Below are positions 24,248 through 38,570 of a stretch of DNA of 64,000 bases, piece by piece. This stretch comes from Eledone cirrhosa (Eukaryota). A model generated the notes under the pieces. The model was not told the DNA's origin. It ran no database searches and worked only from the letters and a program-made list of their open reading frames with translations. Positions within the stretch are counted from its first letter, which is position 1. The number at the start of each line of letters is the position of its first letter. The stretch covers positions 180,544,001-180,608,000 of the forward strand of contig OZ024741.1 in NCBI GenBank assembly GCA_964016885.1, in the 5' to 3' direction. The position numbers and the translations under genes are program-made.

Positions 24248-26135
24248 TCGATTCTATGAAGCATATTTTCCTATTGTCCTTTAACATCGAATTTCTTCGT
24301 TTATTGATTTAGATCCTGTTGTTGTCATTACATGAGTGGTCATGAATTGTACACGTCACCGGTATTTCTAGCCACTCATGGTTGCCCACTTCTTGATTCT
24401 TCTCGTTCTCCACCTGTCAATCAACATTTCTTCATATATCAGAATTACTACTGTGGTGGTAGAGGGGCTGTAATCTTGAATGGCTGGCATCACTTCGATG
24501 TCTTTATTGCCCTTAGGCACCTTAGTCTACATTGGTCAGGTACACACCCAAAATTATGCTGTATGCGTCATTCATCATAAATAATGTTTTGCCGGAATTT
24601 AAAAAAAAAACAAATAGAGATATTTAGCATAACATTTGTACGACACAGCCTTGGGATACACTCCGCCATACATATTTCAAAAAGAAAAAAAAAAGAAAAA
24701 GAAAAAAACCTGTATTAAGAACATTTTAAAAACGTTTTTAAAAGAAAGCTTTCAACAGCCTTTCAAACAGAAGGGCTATATCAAAGGTGTTTTCAACAAA
24801 TACACCCAATACTACACTCACACACTGGACTCCGGGGAGCGCGTATAGCCAAGACGCCGCACATATATAATAGACAGATGAGAAAAGAAAAATCCATGGA
24901 AAGTCATCCGTACCCCTACGCAGACATGCTCAGACAAAAACATTGACCCAGGCATGCGCACACCCGTGCTCATACATGTCTGTGTGGACGCACATACATA
25001 CATGCACCCACGTGCTCCCACACTGAAGGCATATACTTGATGAGTGCCCCCCCATCCATCTTCTCACGCGCCGCTGCACAGATGGTGCATACAGTATTGT
25101 ATGAGACAACGCTTTTGAGGCTTTGACCCAACCCGATCACGTGGTGGTGTGAGTCCGAAGGTGCCTGCACAATATGCCTGAATGTTACGGCAGCACAATA
25201 TCCCTGCACTAATCGCATATAGCGTGGGTGGCACATATATAAAAAAAACCTGTATGTACATAACATAAAATAATGAAATAATATACAATAATAAAATAAA
25301 ATAAGATAAAATACAATAAAATAAAATGCTAGAAAAAGAGAATGCATACATGACAAGGATGCAGAGGGGGACCGGGCATTATCGAGGTGTGCGTAAAGTT
25401 GCATACAATAGTTTGGGGGCTGTGGTGCAAATGTTTATATGATATACATGGTGGCTGGTGGTCTAAGGCACTGGGTGCGAGCCTGCGCATGATGCAGGTC
25501 TCGCTGCTTGTGGATAGATCTGGGCTGTGTGAGCGTGCACAAACAGGTTATATATATTGTGGTTATGTGTAACATCCATTTCATAAAAGTATATATGAGA
25601 TGTGCATGGGTTTGATGTATACATGGAATATAGAGAGTATGTGTTGCATAACAATATAAATGGAATGCACGTGGAGTGTATGTATGATTGTAATATGCCA
25701 GTGGCATGCGTTGTGTGTGTGTGTATATCAGCGGCATGGAACGACAAAATTAAAACTTGAAATTAAAATTAACATCAACATTACAATTAGCTGTGAGCGA
25801 CATTAACCTTAAGACCAGCATCATGTCCATCATCCAAATAGCGAATTAAACACCACGAATCGAATATCGGAAATCAACAATTTAAAAATTTAAAAGTTTG
25901 AAAATTAAAAAATTTGAAAATTTAAAACCACACATATGTTTGTAGACCCAATCCTACTTGTAATGAGTCGGCGTCCGCAAATTGGTGTGGCGGTGCTATT
26001 AAGGTGTTCTACGAGGTAGGCAACGTTGGATCTGTCATTGTTATCAGCTTGTGCTGTCATGCATTCATAGTTATGCAGTGTTCTATGGTGGTCCACTGCA
26101 TGCGCTCCACCTGGTGTTGTGGTGCTGGTGATGCG

Positions 26136-26771
26136 CTATGTAGATCCATCTGGTATCACTAGGGCGGAGAGTGTGCATTTACGTTGGTATCTGCATGCCA
26201 TGATTATTTCAGACTTGAGGTTGACTGCGTTGCCCTTAAGTTTTACTATCTCCATAGCCTCGGACAGGCATAACTTGCACTTCCTGTCTCTGGCCGAGTA
26301 AGCATTTGGATGCTGTACAATACTCCAGCTGAGGTCATATTCCATGCCACTGTCTTTGAGTCTCCATACTAAGTCTGCCAATCTGGTGGAATGTCTCTTG
26401 TTCCTGTCCTTGAACGAGCTCTTGTGGTTGTACATCCTTGACTTAAAAGTCGTGGATGTAGCTCCGATGTATGTGTGCCTATCGTTGTGCGTGGTAACCA
26501 CACATCTGTAGACAACGCCCTTAGTCGGGCACATTCCCTGCAGTGGGCACTCTTCACGGACACGGCAGTTACATGTCCGTGCATCATTTTTGCAACTCCC
26601 GTTACGTGGTCCTGGCGTCTTATTTGTGCTCACACCGGTCCTCGAGTGGTGCTCTGGCGGAGTGGTGGGCTCAGTGTTCACCACCAGCTGGTCTCTGTTG
26701 GCAGGTCTTGGGCCGTCTGCAGCCGCGGCTCTGCCCCCAGGCACATCCCCAGAACCATCAGCCACTACCAC
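26136..26771 (-). pseudogene. PLE GIY-YIG endonuclease domain (C-terminal part of a truncated ORF)
   Basis: CNCRVREECPLQGMC, VVYRCVV..YIGAT..FKSRMYNHKSSF and CKLCLSE motifs. Confidence 0.9.
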
Positions 26772-26991
26772 GCGATTTCAGAGTCAGGTTTGATTATCAT
26801 ATCGATCATGCCTCGAGCTGGTTGCCCGAGAAACAATTGTAAAATGTCCAATAAATTCCTTTTGTCGCAACACTGATTCTCTTTTTTCTGTGAGATCATA
26901 CTCTGCTCTACGAGGGCAGTGAGAGCTCATACGGCCTACCGCATACGGACGCTTTAAGCATCCAACACCAATTATATATATATATATATAT

Positions 26992-27272
26992 GTTAGGTAA
27001 TTTCAAAGAAAAAGCAAAGGAAAAAAGAGTGCTCTATGTATAGAACAGAGCTATTTAATTAGAAAGTGAACAACACAAAATATAACTACTCCACTACCAA
27101 AGGTTTCTGGATCACAGACGATAATAATATATGTCTGGATCGGTCGTCAGATAGAGATGTTATCTATATACACACACATCTCGGTCTGACGACCGATCCA
27201 GACGTATATTATTATCGCCTGTTATCCAGAAACCTTTGGTAATGGAGTAGTTATATTTTGTATCGTTCACTT
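26992..27272. mobile_element. Fold-back PLE pLTR element (~97-bp arms), a different family
   Basis: Arms 27064-27160/27176-27272, 15-nt spacer, tail 26992-27063, TA-repeat flanks. Confidence 0.8.
27180..27247 (+). ncRNA. Type I hammerhead ribozyme motif (mirror copy on minus strand ~27089-27156)
   Basis: CTCGGT-CTGACGA-[36-nt imperfect hairpin]-GAAA-CC TTT GG-TA-ATGGAG; the minus copy has a fully pairable stem I CTCTAT/GTGGAG (with G.U). Confidence 0.68.
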
Positions 27273-27327
27273 ATATATCCATGCAAGCATGGAAGATGGA
27301 CGTTAAACGATGATGCTGATGATTATG

Positions 27328-27398
<71 letters not shown>

Positions 27399-29002
27399 TG
27401 TGTGTGTATATATATATATATATATGTGTGTGTATAGTCAACAAGGGAAGAACAATATAATACAATGTTGATATATATTAGTTTACAGCTTGTTGTAGCA
27501 GGAAAAGAGTCTTATGTTTCATATGTTAGTGCTTCACCAGAAGATGGAGTGAGAAGTAGAAGAAATAGAGATGAAAGGGAAAAAAATGAAAAAAATGCTT
27601 TTCAGAAGAGGAAAGCATGTGTGTATTTAGTCAGCCATTTTAGATAAGTACAGGTCAGAATATAACTCAAATATTAGAAAGGGATAAAAAAGGGGTATAA
27701 TCATCATATATTTTGAGTTATCATGTGTGTGTAAGCATGTTTGTCTGTACAAAGCTGTGAGAGTATGAAGAACATTATGTGCTTTAGACCATGACATAGG
27801 CGCCGAATTGGCAGAGTCGTTAAGACATTCTATAGAATGCTCTGTGGTATTTGTCCCACCTCATTGTGCGCTCTGAGTTCAAATCCTGCCGTGGTCAACT
27901 TTGCCTTCCATCCTTTCGAGGTCAATAAAAAGAGTACCAGTCCAGTATTGGGGTTGATTCTTCCTCTATAGAAAAATCAGCTGTGTTCAGACCTGGAGAG
28001 GGTTGGGCTCTGCCAGGTTTAAAAGAGCCCTAGACACACTGTATGACAGTGCCTCTACAATAAGTTATGGGATCTTTATCCTTATATTTAAATGATTACT
28101 GGCTGTTTGAGAATATGCATGCTTGTGCATGAGCTGACTATTACAGGGAGTGAAAGTGGATAACCTGTTGAATATCAATGCAGATATACATGTGTGTATA
28201 TGTGTATTTTCACATGCACATGTGACCATGGTCAACTTCATATGCATACTTGTGTGTACACATACAAGCACATCTTTATGTAAGGTGATACTTAGGTTGT
28301 TCAGATAGAGACAGGCGGTAACACGTTCTTGCAATCTGTCACGTCCCATGTCATGGATATGTTCCAGGGGTGGAGGGTGGGGGTGGGGTGGGGGGCCTGT
28401 GAGATACCACAAGGAACCATGTATGATGCCACAACAGAGCAACCACAAACTGCCAAACTTCAAAAGATAAGGTGCCTACACATGTGAAGAGGGGGACAGA
28501 GCCAGGGTATGTAGAGCAGTCAGAATTGGGATTATTGGGAAAGATCTTCATCTGACTGTGACATGGTTTCAGTAATAGGCCCCACAATGAAAGCTGCCAA
28601 CTTCAGGTGGCATGCACATACATGCACACACAAGTGAGCACAATTGAGTGATGTATAAGTATCAGTGATGTGTAAATATGTGGGTACCCTATGGAAATAT
28701 ATATGGTAGCAATACACGTAAATGTATTTAAATAGGTTGTTGTCATTGAAAGCACATTTTAAAGCTTATTCCCATACTTTTTTAACAGAATGTTTACTTT
28801 TTCGATTTAGATTAAACAATTGTGGGTTTGTATATGTGTGTGTGTGTCTGTGTGTGTTCACGCGTGTGTGTGTGTGCATATATGTATGCATGCATGTATG
28901 TATGTATGCATGTATGTATCTGTGTATGTGTGTATGTGCATATATGTATGAATGTATGTATGTATGTATGTATGTATGTATGTATGTATGTATTTATTTA
29001 TG

Positions 29003-29345
29003 GAGGCACATGGCTTAGTGGTTAGAGCATTGGCCTTGCAATCGAAAGGTTGTGAGTTCAATTCTCAGACCGGGTGATGTGTTGTTTCCTTGAGCAAGAC
29101 ACTTTATTTCACATTGCTCCAGTTTACTCAGCTGTAGAAATGAGATGATAGGGACTGGGGTCCATATCATTCCACTGCAAAGTGGTCGTGGAGGTGCCAC
29201 GGCAAAAAAGCACCCAGCACTAACTGTAAATGAGGTTGGTGTTAGGAAGGGCATCCAGCTGTAGAAATCAAGCCAAAATCAGTTCCCGTCCCACCCTTGC
29301 AAGCAGGGAAAAAGCGGACGTAAAATGAAATGATGATGATGATGA
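29003..29345 (+). mobile_element. tRNA-derived SINE with RTE-derived tail (second family)
   Basis: TGGCTTAGTGGTTAGAGC / GTGAGTTCAATTC boxes, TCCTTGAGCAAGACACTT body, GTTAGGAAGGGCATCCAG module; tail CCCGTCCCACCCTTGCAAGCAGGGAAAA.GCGGACGTAAAATGA shared with the LINE end at 34196-34250. Confidence 0.8.
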
Positions 29346-29567
29346 TTATGTATGCATTGGTGGTAACTTTCTGTATTTATTGTTGAACATGTCCTTAAGA
29401 TCTCCCCTCTGAAAAAATCACTTAGTTTCTGAAAACATTTCACTGGTTTATTGTTAAGCAGGTCCACTGCCTAGAAAACAGGTTCATCTAATCATTTCCT
29501 TTCTCTTCAACTGAAAGGTCTGGTAGCATTGTTCTAGCAAAACCAGAGATCTACTTTATATATTTAC

Positions 29568-29623
29568 TATATATATATATATGTGTGTGTGTGCGTGTAT
29601 ATATATGTGTGTGTATATATATA

Positions 29624-29674
<51 letters not shown>

Positions 29675-29817
29675 GTGTGTGTGTATATATATATGTATAT
29701 ATATATGTATATATATATATGTGTGTGTGTATATATATATGTATATATATATATGTGTGTGTGTATATATATATGTATATATATATATGTGTGTGTGTAT
29801 ATATATGTATATATATA

Positions 29818-29892
<75 letters not shown>

Positions 29893-29915
29893 ATATATAT
29901 ATATATGTATATATG

Positions 29916-29952
<37 letters not shown>

Positions 29953-30039
29953 ATATATATATGTATATATATATACGTGTGTGTGTGTATATGTATATAT
30001 ATATATATGTGTGTGTGTGTGTATATATATGTGTATATA

Positions 30040-30076
<37 letters not shown>

Positions 30077-30081
30077 ATATA

Positions 30082-30115
<34 letters not shown>

Positions 30116-30451
30116 TATATATATATGTATATATATATATATGTGTATAAATATATGTATATATATATGTATATATATATGTATATATATATGTATATAT
30201 ATATGTGTGTGTGTGTATATATATATATGTATATATATATGTGTGTGTGTATATATATATATGTATATATATATGTGTGTGTATATATATATATATGTAT
30301 ATATATATGTATATATATGTGTGTATATATATATATGTATGTATATATATGTGTGTATATATATGTGTGTATATATATATGTATATATATATATGTATAT
30401 ATATGTGTATATATATGTGTGTATATATATATATGTATATATATATATATA
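29568..30451. repeat. Compound (AT)n/(GT)n microsatellite
   Basis: Direct reading. Confidence 0.95.
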
Positions 30452-31257
30452 ATCATCATCATAAGTTAACACCTGTTCTCTCTGGTAAAAAGGCGTTGGT
30501 TATATCATCACTGACCATATCAATAGTTAGAGCTATTCACGTCCTTACAGAAAACAATGAAAAGTAATTATTTCACAGCTCCTAGTGATTACTATTTTCT
30601 GATAGAATCACGGTTATCACATTTGTTTTTTTACTAACTGGTTTCTGCTCTCATGAGCTTTTCAAATGTGTAATTTCCAAGTTACATTTGTGCTGATTTT
30701 TATTAGCTGACAAGATTATTCAAATGCATTTTTGTATCAAAGTACAAGTGCTCTGGTACAAAACTCTAGAGTTTTGAATAATTCTTGTAGGATTCTCAAC
30801 TCAGAAAAATAATGATATATTCTCATATATTCTGCTTTACATCATTTTGTAAGAGTGAGTTTTACTATGATCATAAATAAAGCTCAGGGTCAGAGTCTCA
30901 AAATTGTAGGATTGAATATAATAGGTTATTCATGAGACACCTATAAATCTTCATATATTATGCATGAATGGTAAAATATGGTGTATCTGTTCTTGTCCCA
31001 TGCTGGTAACCAGACAACACATCCTATATAATCGTTATCTCTTCTCCCAGTTTTCTCTTATCATCTGTTTACCCAGGTGAAACTAGGTACCTCAGCTAGT
31101 ATTTTGATATAATAGAAATCCAATTTATATGTCTAATTATTCTCTCAGTTCAGCAGATGGGATCTATTAGTATATATACTGTTTTAATTAATCAACACTC
31201 AATATTCAGTCCTGTAGTTTGGCTAATTATGGACAAAGAAAATAAATATATATATAT

Positions 31258-32701
31258 AACCTCAACACCAAGCTACACCACCCATATCATAAACCCAATG
31301 AGAAGCTGGTGTATATCAACCATGGGTCCAATCACTCTAGATCTATAGTTAAGGCCGTAGTGAAGAGTGTCTCTGACAAGATCTCTAACTTGTCTGCCAA
31401 TAAAGAGATCTTCAATAGTAATGCTGATTACTATAACTCAGCGCTAGCTAAGGTGTCCCACAGCCATAGGATCAGCTATAACCCTAAGGGACATGATCGA
31501 GATGACCCAAGGGTACCTTGGGCCAATACTCTCAGGGGCATGAGTCGCCCACCTAATACCTCGGTGACCAGTAGTAACACTCCCAGACCCCTATCCGTCA
31601 CCACCCCCGGTAGAAGGTCCCGCATACCCCACCGGTCTAATTCCTACAATGCTGAAGACCACTGTGCTGCGGAGCATAGGCACCCCTGCACTGGCCCCAC
31701 CACCCGCCGAACCCTAATTGAGCAGGGAGGCTGCACCATGCAGGTTTATAGCCCCACGGTGGGCCCATATAACCCTCATGATAGTGACTGCTCTGCACAC
31801 CTGAGTGACACCAACCGAGGTCGACCTGAGCTGTGCACAACCCCGCGATGGACCACGGCAGACACCCAACAACCCCGCAAGAATAAGACCAGGAAGGTCA
31901 CATGGTATAACCCCCCCGTACTCGGTGGGTCTACGTACTAGCCTCGCTAGAACATTCTTTAGTGTACTGGATAAATGTTTCCCTAGGGCCCACAAGTACC
32001 ATAAAATATTCAACAGGCACACGGTCAAACTTTCCTACTCAACCACATGCTCCGTAGCCCAGCACATAGCTGGCATAAATAGGAATAGGCTCACTGCCTC
32101 TAATACCACCGTAAACCCCGGAGCCACCCAACAGAACCAGCACGTGGGACGCACCAGACCTCGGACAGGCCCAACTAGCACACCGGAACCCAACGACCCT
32201 GTGCTGATTGCGGCGGCTACCCAGTCAACCCCGAGTGATGGTAACCACGCGGTACATGTGCTGGGGCTTAAGAAGTCATGCAATTGCAGAGACCCATCAC
32301 TATGCCTCCTTAGTAATGAATGCATGACGAAAAACGTAGTCTACAGGTGCAAGGTCACAACTCCTAACTCGGAGCACCACTACATAGGATCCACGGCGAC
32401 GAGCTTCAAAGATAGGTGGTATAACCATCGCTATTCCTTTAACAGAATAGAAAAGAGGAAATGTACGGCCCTTTCTGAATTGATCTGGAAACTCAAATTT
32501 GAAAAGACCCTGCACTCTCTGGTCTGGTCCGTGGTTAGAAAGGTTCCCCCAGACAGAGGTAGGTCTGGTATTTGCAACCTCTGTCTTAATGAGACACTCG
32601 AGATACTTCATGGCGGAACCAAGCTATTAAACAGAAGGGCCGACTTATTCGGCGCCTGCAGATACCTAAGGACGGGAACTTTCCTCAAGCTATATGGATA
32701 A
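31258..32701 (+). pseudogene. PLE RT C-terminus plus GIY-YIG endonuclease, one frameshift
   Basis: PYHKPNEKLVYINHGSNH..ISNLSANKEIFN..YYNSAL; RKVTWYNPP, a frameshift in the C7 run at ~31911, then YSVGLRT..LDKCFP..HKIFNRHTVKLSYS; CNCRDPSLCLLSNEC, VVYRC..YIGST..FKDRWYNH, CNLCLNE. Confidence 0.9.
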
Positions 32702-34010
32702 ACCCCAGTTATGGCCTCCCACAACGCCCCTCCCCCCCTGTAGGTCCCAACACCCCGTACCAATGACCGATGGACAACAACCACCCATAGTTTGTGGTCC
32801 CTACGGTGGGTTGTCCACCAGATCCTCTATTGGTTAGGAGTCAACAAAACCACGTTTATTGAACCTGAGGACCCCCCCCCCTCCGGAGTGGCCCACACAG
32901 GAAGAACACAATTATCCCAAGGTACTAACCCTATATCCCTATACGCATGAATGAGTGCCCGCAACCGTGCATTGTGTGTTTATACTGGGATTACGTAAAT
33001 GTACATACTCATGTGAACGCAACGAAATATTAATACCCCAGGTTGCATTTGAAAAATGTTCGAGTGTATGCTTAAGAGTATATTTGTATATGCTCTCTTG
33101 TATGAGTGCACATGTGTATATAGACATACACGCACATCCAGAGGTATAAAAGTGTGGGTGGGTATATATGCCTGTACTAAGGGATTCGCCTAAGCTCCAA
33201 AGCCCCCAAGCTATTGCTGTGAAGATATATATCACACTCTACTTTTGTCTAGTCTAAACAATAACTCTTCCAAACACACACTTTACTTTTCTTTAAAAAT
33301 AACACCCACCTAGTTTTATGTCTGCCTTATACTTGGATTTGAGGGCCTCTGTTGTATATATATGTGCACTTGTGCGTACACATATATATATATACACACC
33401 TGTATGGATCTGTGTGTGTAGATGTGTGTGTGTCTGAGGGGGGTACGTGTGAGTGTATGTACAAGTCAACCAACATAAGTCTTTTTATTTCTAAACTTTC
33501 TAAGTATTTGACTCTAACCATTATTTTCAGTATTATCACCCCACATAAATTCCTCAATTTGTATGTGTGGATGTGTGTCTGTGGGGATGGGTGTCAGTGT
33601 ATGTGCAAGTCAACCAACATAAGTCTTTTTATATGTAAATTTTCTAGTATTCTACTCTAACCATAATTTTCAGTTTTACCACCCCACATAAATTCCTCAA
33701 TTTAAGAATGACCTGTAGTATCGAATTTCATACTATAAACCTCAATTGAATATATATCCGACCAGGAATGCTTTTTGTGAAAATCAGTCATATGGAACTA
33801 TTGCCATCTTGCCTGACAGTTTGAACTTTACAACACCACCTGCCTCTTTGAGGTCAAATACCAACCCTACTAGCATCTACAAACTGACTAATGAGAATTA
33901 AGATTATTCCTGCTGACCGCATTAAATTATCCCTAACAAGCTCATATGTTCCAAGGCTCTGATACCATCAACACCATAAACATAGAGCTGGCATATCTAA
34001 GAACTGACTA

Positions 34011-34066
34011 ACTGCCTGATGAGGTCATAGCCATTCAATGGCTATCATCGAAATATATATAGCAGT
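34011..34066 (+). ncRNA. Minimal type I hammerhead ribozyme motif in the PLE 3' pLTR
   Basis: ACTGC-CTGATGA-GGTc ATAGCCAT tca ATGGCTAT cATC-GAAA-T ATAT A-TA-GCAGT; palindromic stem III loop, AUA triplet. Confidence 0.85.
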
Positions 34067-34195
34067 AAATAAAGGATTATGAGCTCATGCAATTGACTTA
34101 TGTTTCGTCACTATATATATATATATATCATCATCATCATCATCACTGTTTTACGTCCGTTCTTCCATGCTAGCATCCATATATACGCTGACATT

Positions 34196-35040
34196 CATCA
34201 TCATCATCATTTTACGTCCGCTTTTCCCTGCTTGCAAGGGTGGGACGGGTCCTATTCAGCACAGCATCTCTTCACTTGTCATGGTCCTTCGTCATCTCCA
34301 CCGTGAGCTTCAGCGATCTGGGGTCTGCTCTCACCACCTCCGCCCATGTTTTTCGTAGTCTACCTCTACCACGTCTTCCTTCAACTGGCATTTCCTGGCA
34401 CTTCTTCACCCATCGGTCATCCTCTATGCGCATCACATGTCCATACCATCGCAGTCTCCTCTCTCGGACACAGTTTTTCTCTCAACACATTCATTCTTGG
34501 TCGTTCACGCACATTGACATTGCACATCCAACGGAGCATGTTTGCCTCATTTCTCTCCAGCCGTCGCATATCCTCTGCAGTTGCTGCCCATGTCTCACTA
34601 CCATGCAGCATCGCGCTCCTTACACAGGCATCATATAACTGGCCTTTCGTACGCAGGGAGAAACCCTTCTTCGTCAACAGAGGAAGCAGCTCCCTAAACT
34701 TCTTCCAACCCGTCCTTATTCTAGATACTATGGCCTCGGAACACCCGCCTCCCCTGCTAATCTGATCTCCTAGGTACTGGAAGCTATCAACTACTTCTAT
34801 AGCACCCACCTGCATTTGAAAAATGTGTCTATCAATGCAACTTCTACTGTCTAATTTCCCTGTACATCTACTGCATATGTATTTCTCCCTACCTGTTAGT
34901 TTACCTGCTATCCCACTACATCTCTTGTGTACCCAGGATCTGTATTGTGTGCATTTTATAGAATTTATGCCAGTTCTTTTCTGCATATCGAACATGGCCA
35001 TCTCCCTGACGGAATCAGAGTTTTGTCCTCTTTTCTACTC
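34196..35040 (-). mobile_element. 5'-truncated RTE-clade LINE
   Basis: ORF 34417-35001: FQYLGDQIS..RIRTGWKKFRELLPLL..LYDACVRSAMLHGSETWA; (TGA)n tail near 34196. Confidence 0.9.
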
Positions 35041-36071
35041 ATCAACACTTTATATATATATATATATGAGCAAGGCATGGTCAGCTGACCAGACACTGCC
35101 CACAACAGGACAACCCGTCTAACCCATGCTAGCGTGGAAGAACAGATGTAAAACGGTGATGATGATGATATGAATGTAAAAGGTAAACAGAAATAACAAC
35201 ACAATCGGTACAGTATATGGAAGGGATATATTAGGTTAACGCTTGATATAGCAAGAAGAGGGTCTTAACGTTTCGGACGCTAGTCCTTCAGAAGAAGAAA
35301 GAATGAGAAATAAGATAGATTGAGGGGACGGGCGGGTTGGAATTGGAAAAAATGTCTTTAGATAAAAATAACAGGTCCATTCATGTTGACATCTCTTGTA
35401 AACTGAAGGCGTGTGGCTGAGTGGTTAGAGAACTGGATTTGCAATCGTGAAATTTTGATTTCGATTCCCAGACCAGGCGATGCGTTATGTCCTTGAGCAA
35501 GACACTTTATTTCACGTTGCTCCTTCTACCTGGAGTTGCGACCAATAGATAGTATTAGCAATTGGAAAGACCAACGGAAACATTGTTTCCTCGGTCCGAT
35601 TTGATGAAAGTCGATTGACAAATAAATATATATATATATATATATCATCATCATCACCATCGTTTAACGTCCATATTCCACACTAGCATATATATATATG
35701 TATATTTTTATATATATAGAAAGTGATCCTGATAATATATTTACATAATAAATAATGTTCTATATAAAAGGAAACTTGAGTTTATATGGTAGTATTTACA
35801 TACACACACATATGCATATAAGCTTATGCACACACATACATATATAAACAGATTTACAAATTGACATTTACATATGTACTTACCCACATACTCACATTCA
35901 CACACATATATACCAATAATCACACATGCATATACATATACATACATCTACACATTCCTATAAACACATAGGCATACACATAGATATATACACACAGTTA
36001 AACATATTTATATTTAGACATGCATTCTCACATATATACATATATACACATGTACACATGCACATGTGCAC

Positions 36072-36865
<794 letters not shown>

Positions 36866-38394
36866 TACACCTAAACATATTTACGTTTATGCACACACAC
36901 TAATACATAGACATACACCTACATCTCTATAAGTACATGTATATATACACACACACACTCACCCATGTGTACTCACTGACATATATACACACCTACCCAC
37001 CTAGACTTATATACACCCACATTTGCACTCACAGACACATTGCTATATACACATACATGTACACCTAGTCTCACTCAAACATTTACTAGACCATATATAC
37101 ATACACATTTACGCATACATGTATATTTACACAGATAGACATAAAAAGACACAAACTTGCACACACATCCACATACACACCTAGAATATATACATAGAGG
37201 TATGTACATACACATACATGTGCACACATATATGCATACAATTAAACTCATTCACACACACATACCTTTGCTCACAAACACACATCTAGACAGTATACAC
37301 ATCTGTACATGCATACATAGCTACATGTACATGCACGCACACACACACAGATGTACTTTACAGCTAGACTCACTCATATATAAATACACATGCTTACACA
37401 AAAATAATCAATCGACATGCATGACTGACTACCAGTCATCTGTCAGTAAATTCTACATTAAAAAAAAATGGAGTTTTACTCTCTAATGGCAAAGATCACT
37501 TAACCCTTTTGTGACAGTATTTCCAATGTAATACATTGTATTTCAATTAAGTAATGAAGAATTTTGAGGGATTTACTCTCATAATTAATTATTTCAATAC
37601 TAAGATAGTAACTTAACATTATGTCTGGAGATTTTAATTTAAATAGGAACGCTTTAAAATGGGTGATTTTGTTTGATAAAACCAGGGCTGGGTTGGTTTG
37701 GTTCATATTACAAGTTTGCAGCTCTGAATAAGTTTGCATATTGTAGGGTTCTGACATTTCGAACAAAAGCTTTTTGTGGGGGAAATTATTTTTTTTTAGA
37801 AATGTTTAGCTGCAGAAATATGTTTGAACCTAAACATCTTGTCTGCAGATAAAAATATATTTGCATGAACAGTTTTGATACCAAACCCCCTGAAACCGTC
37901 CATGTTTCAACAATGCTGGGTTGTGTATTTTAAAGTGTTTACATTTATCTAAAAAAACTTTCATCATAATTTTATGTTCCAAACACCCGATTGATAATAA
38001 AGTTAGTTATGTTATTAAATCTCTCCTAATTCTTGATTATTTTGTAAATTAATTGAAAATAATTGGCAGTCATTCATTATAAATATGGAAATGAAAAAGT
38101 GAAACATTTTCTATTGAAAGAAGGACTTTACACAATATGTTTCTATTTATATTTAGCTTTTGTTATCATATTTTTAATGCAAAACTCTGCTCCTGGTTTT
38201 CAAATATTTTTTTAGAATAATTAATAATTCAGAGAGATTTATTAATATAACTAATTTTCTCATTATTAAGCTGGAGTTTGGAACATAACTTAAAGTTTCT
38301 TAAATAAAATTATCTAAAAGAAGAATATTTTAGATATTTTAAGTAAACAGCTTTGTATTGTAGAACCTGATGTGTGTGTATTGAAAGGATTAAT

Positions 38395-38570
38395 TGTTTC
38401 TACTTTTGGCACAAGGCCAGCAATTACTTAGTACATTACTGGTACTTTATTTCATCAACCCCGTAAGGATGAAAGGCAAAGTTAACCTCGGCGGGATTTG
38501 AACTCAGACCGTAAAGGGATGTAACTATGCTGGAAAGCATGGCGTCCGACCCTCTACCGATACTGCCAAC
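38395..38570 (-). mobile_element. tRNA-derived SINE (OK/OR-like)
   Basis: Reverse complement of the family; TSD AAGGATTAAT (38385-38394, 38571-38580). Confidence 0.88.

Larger units (their letters stand above)
24109..26974 (-). mobile_element. 5'-truncated Penelope-like element (Naiad-like) with 3' pLTR and inverted partial pLTR at the 5' end
   Basis: GIY-YIG ORF 26136-26771; 26771-26893 is the inverted copy of 24109-24231; both ends abut (TA)n. Confidence 0.88.
31258..34111 (+). mobile_element. 5'-truncated Penelope-like element (Naiad-like), second family
   Basis: Starts and ends at (TA)n; RT thumb, linker and GIY-YIG coding region, ~1.4-kb 3' region, terminal HHR followed by AATAAA. Confidence 0.85.

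Noticed and set aside
26136-32701. Selenocysteine recoding, as reported for some Naiad elements
   Set aside because: All conserved Cys positions visible in both endonuclease regions are ordinary Cys codons; no in-frame TGA
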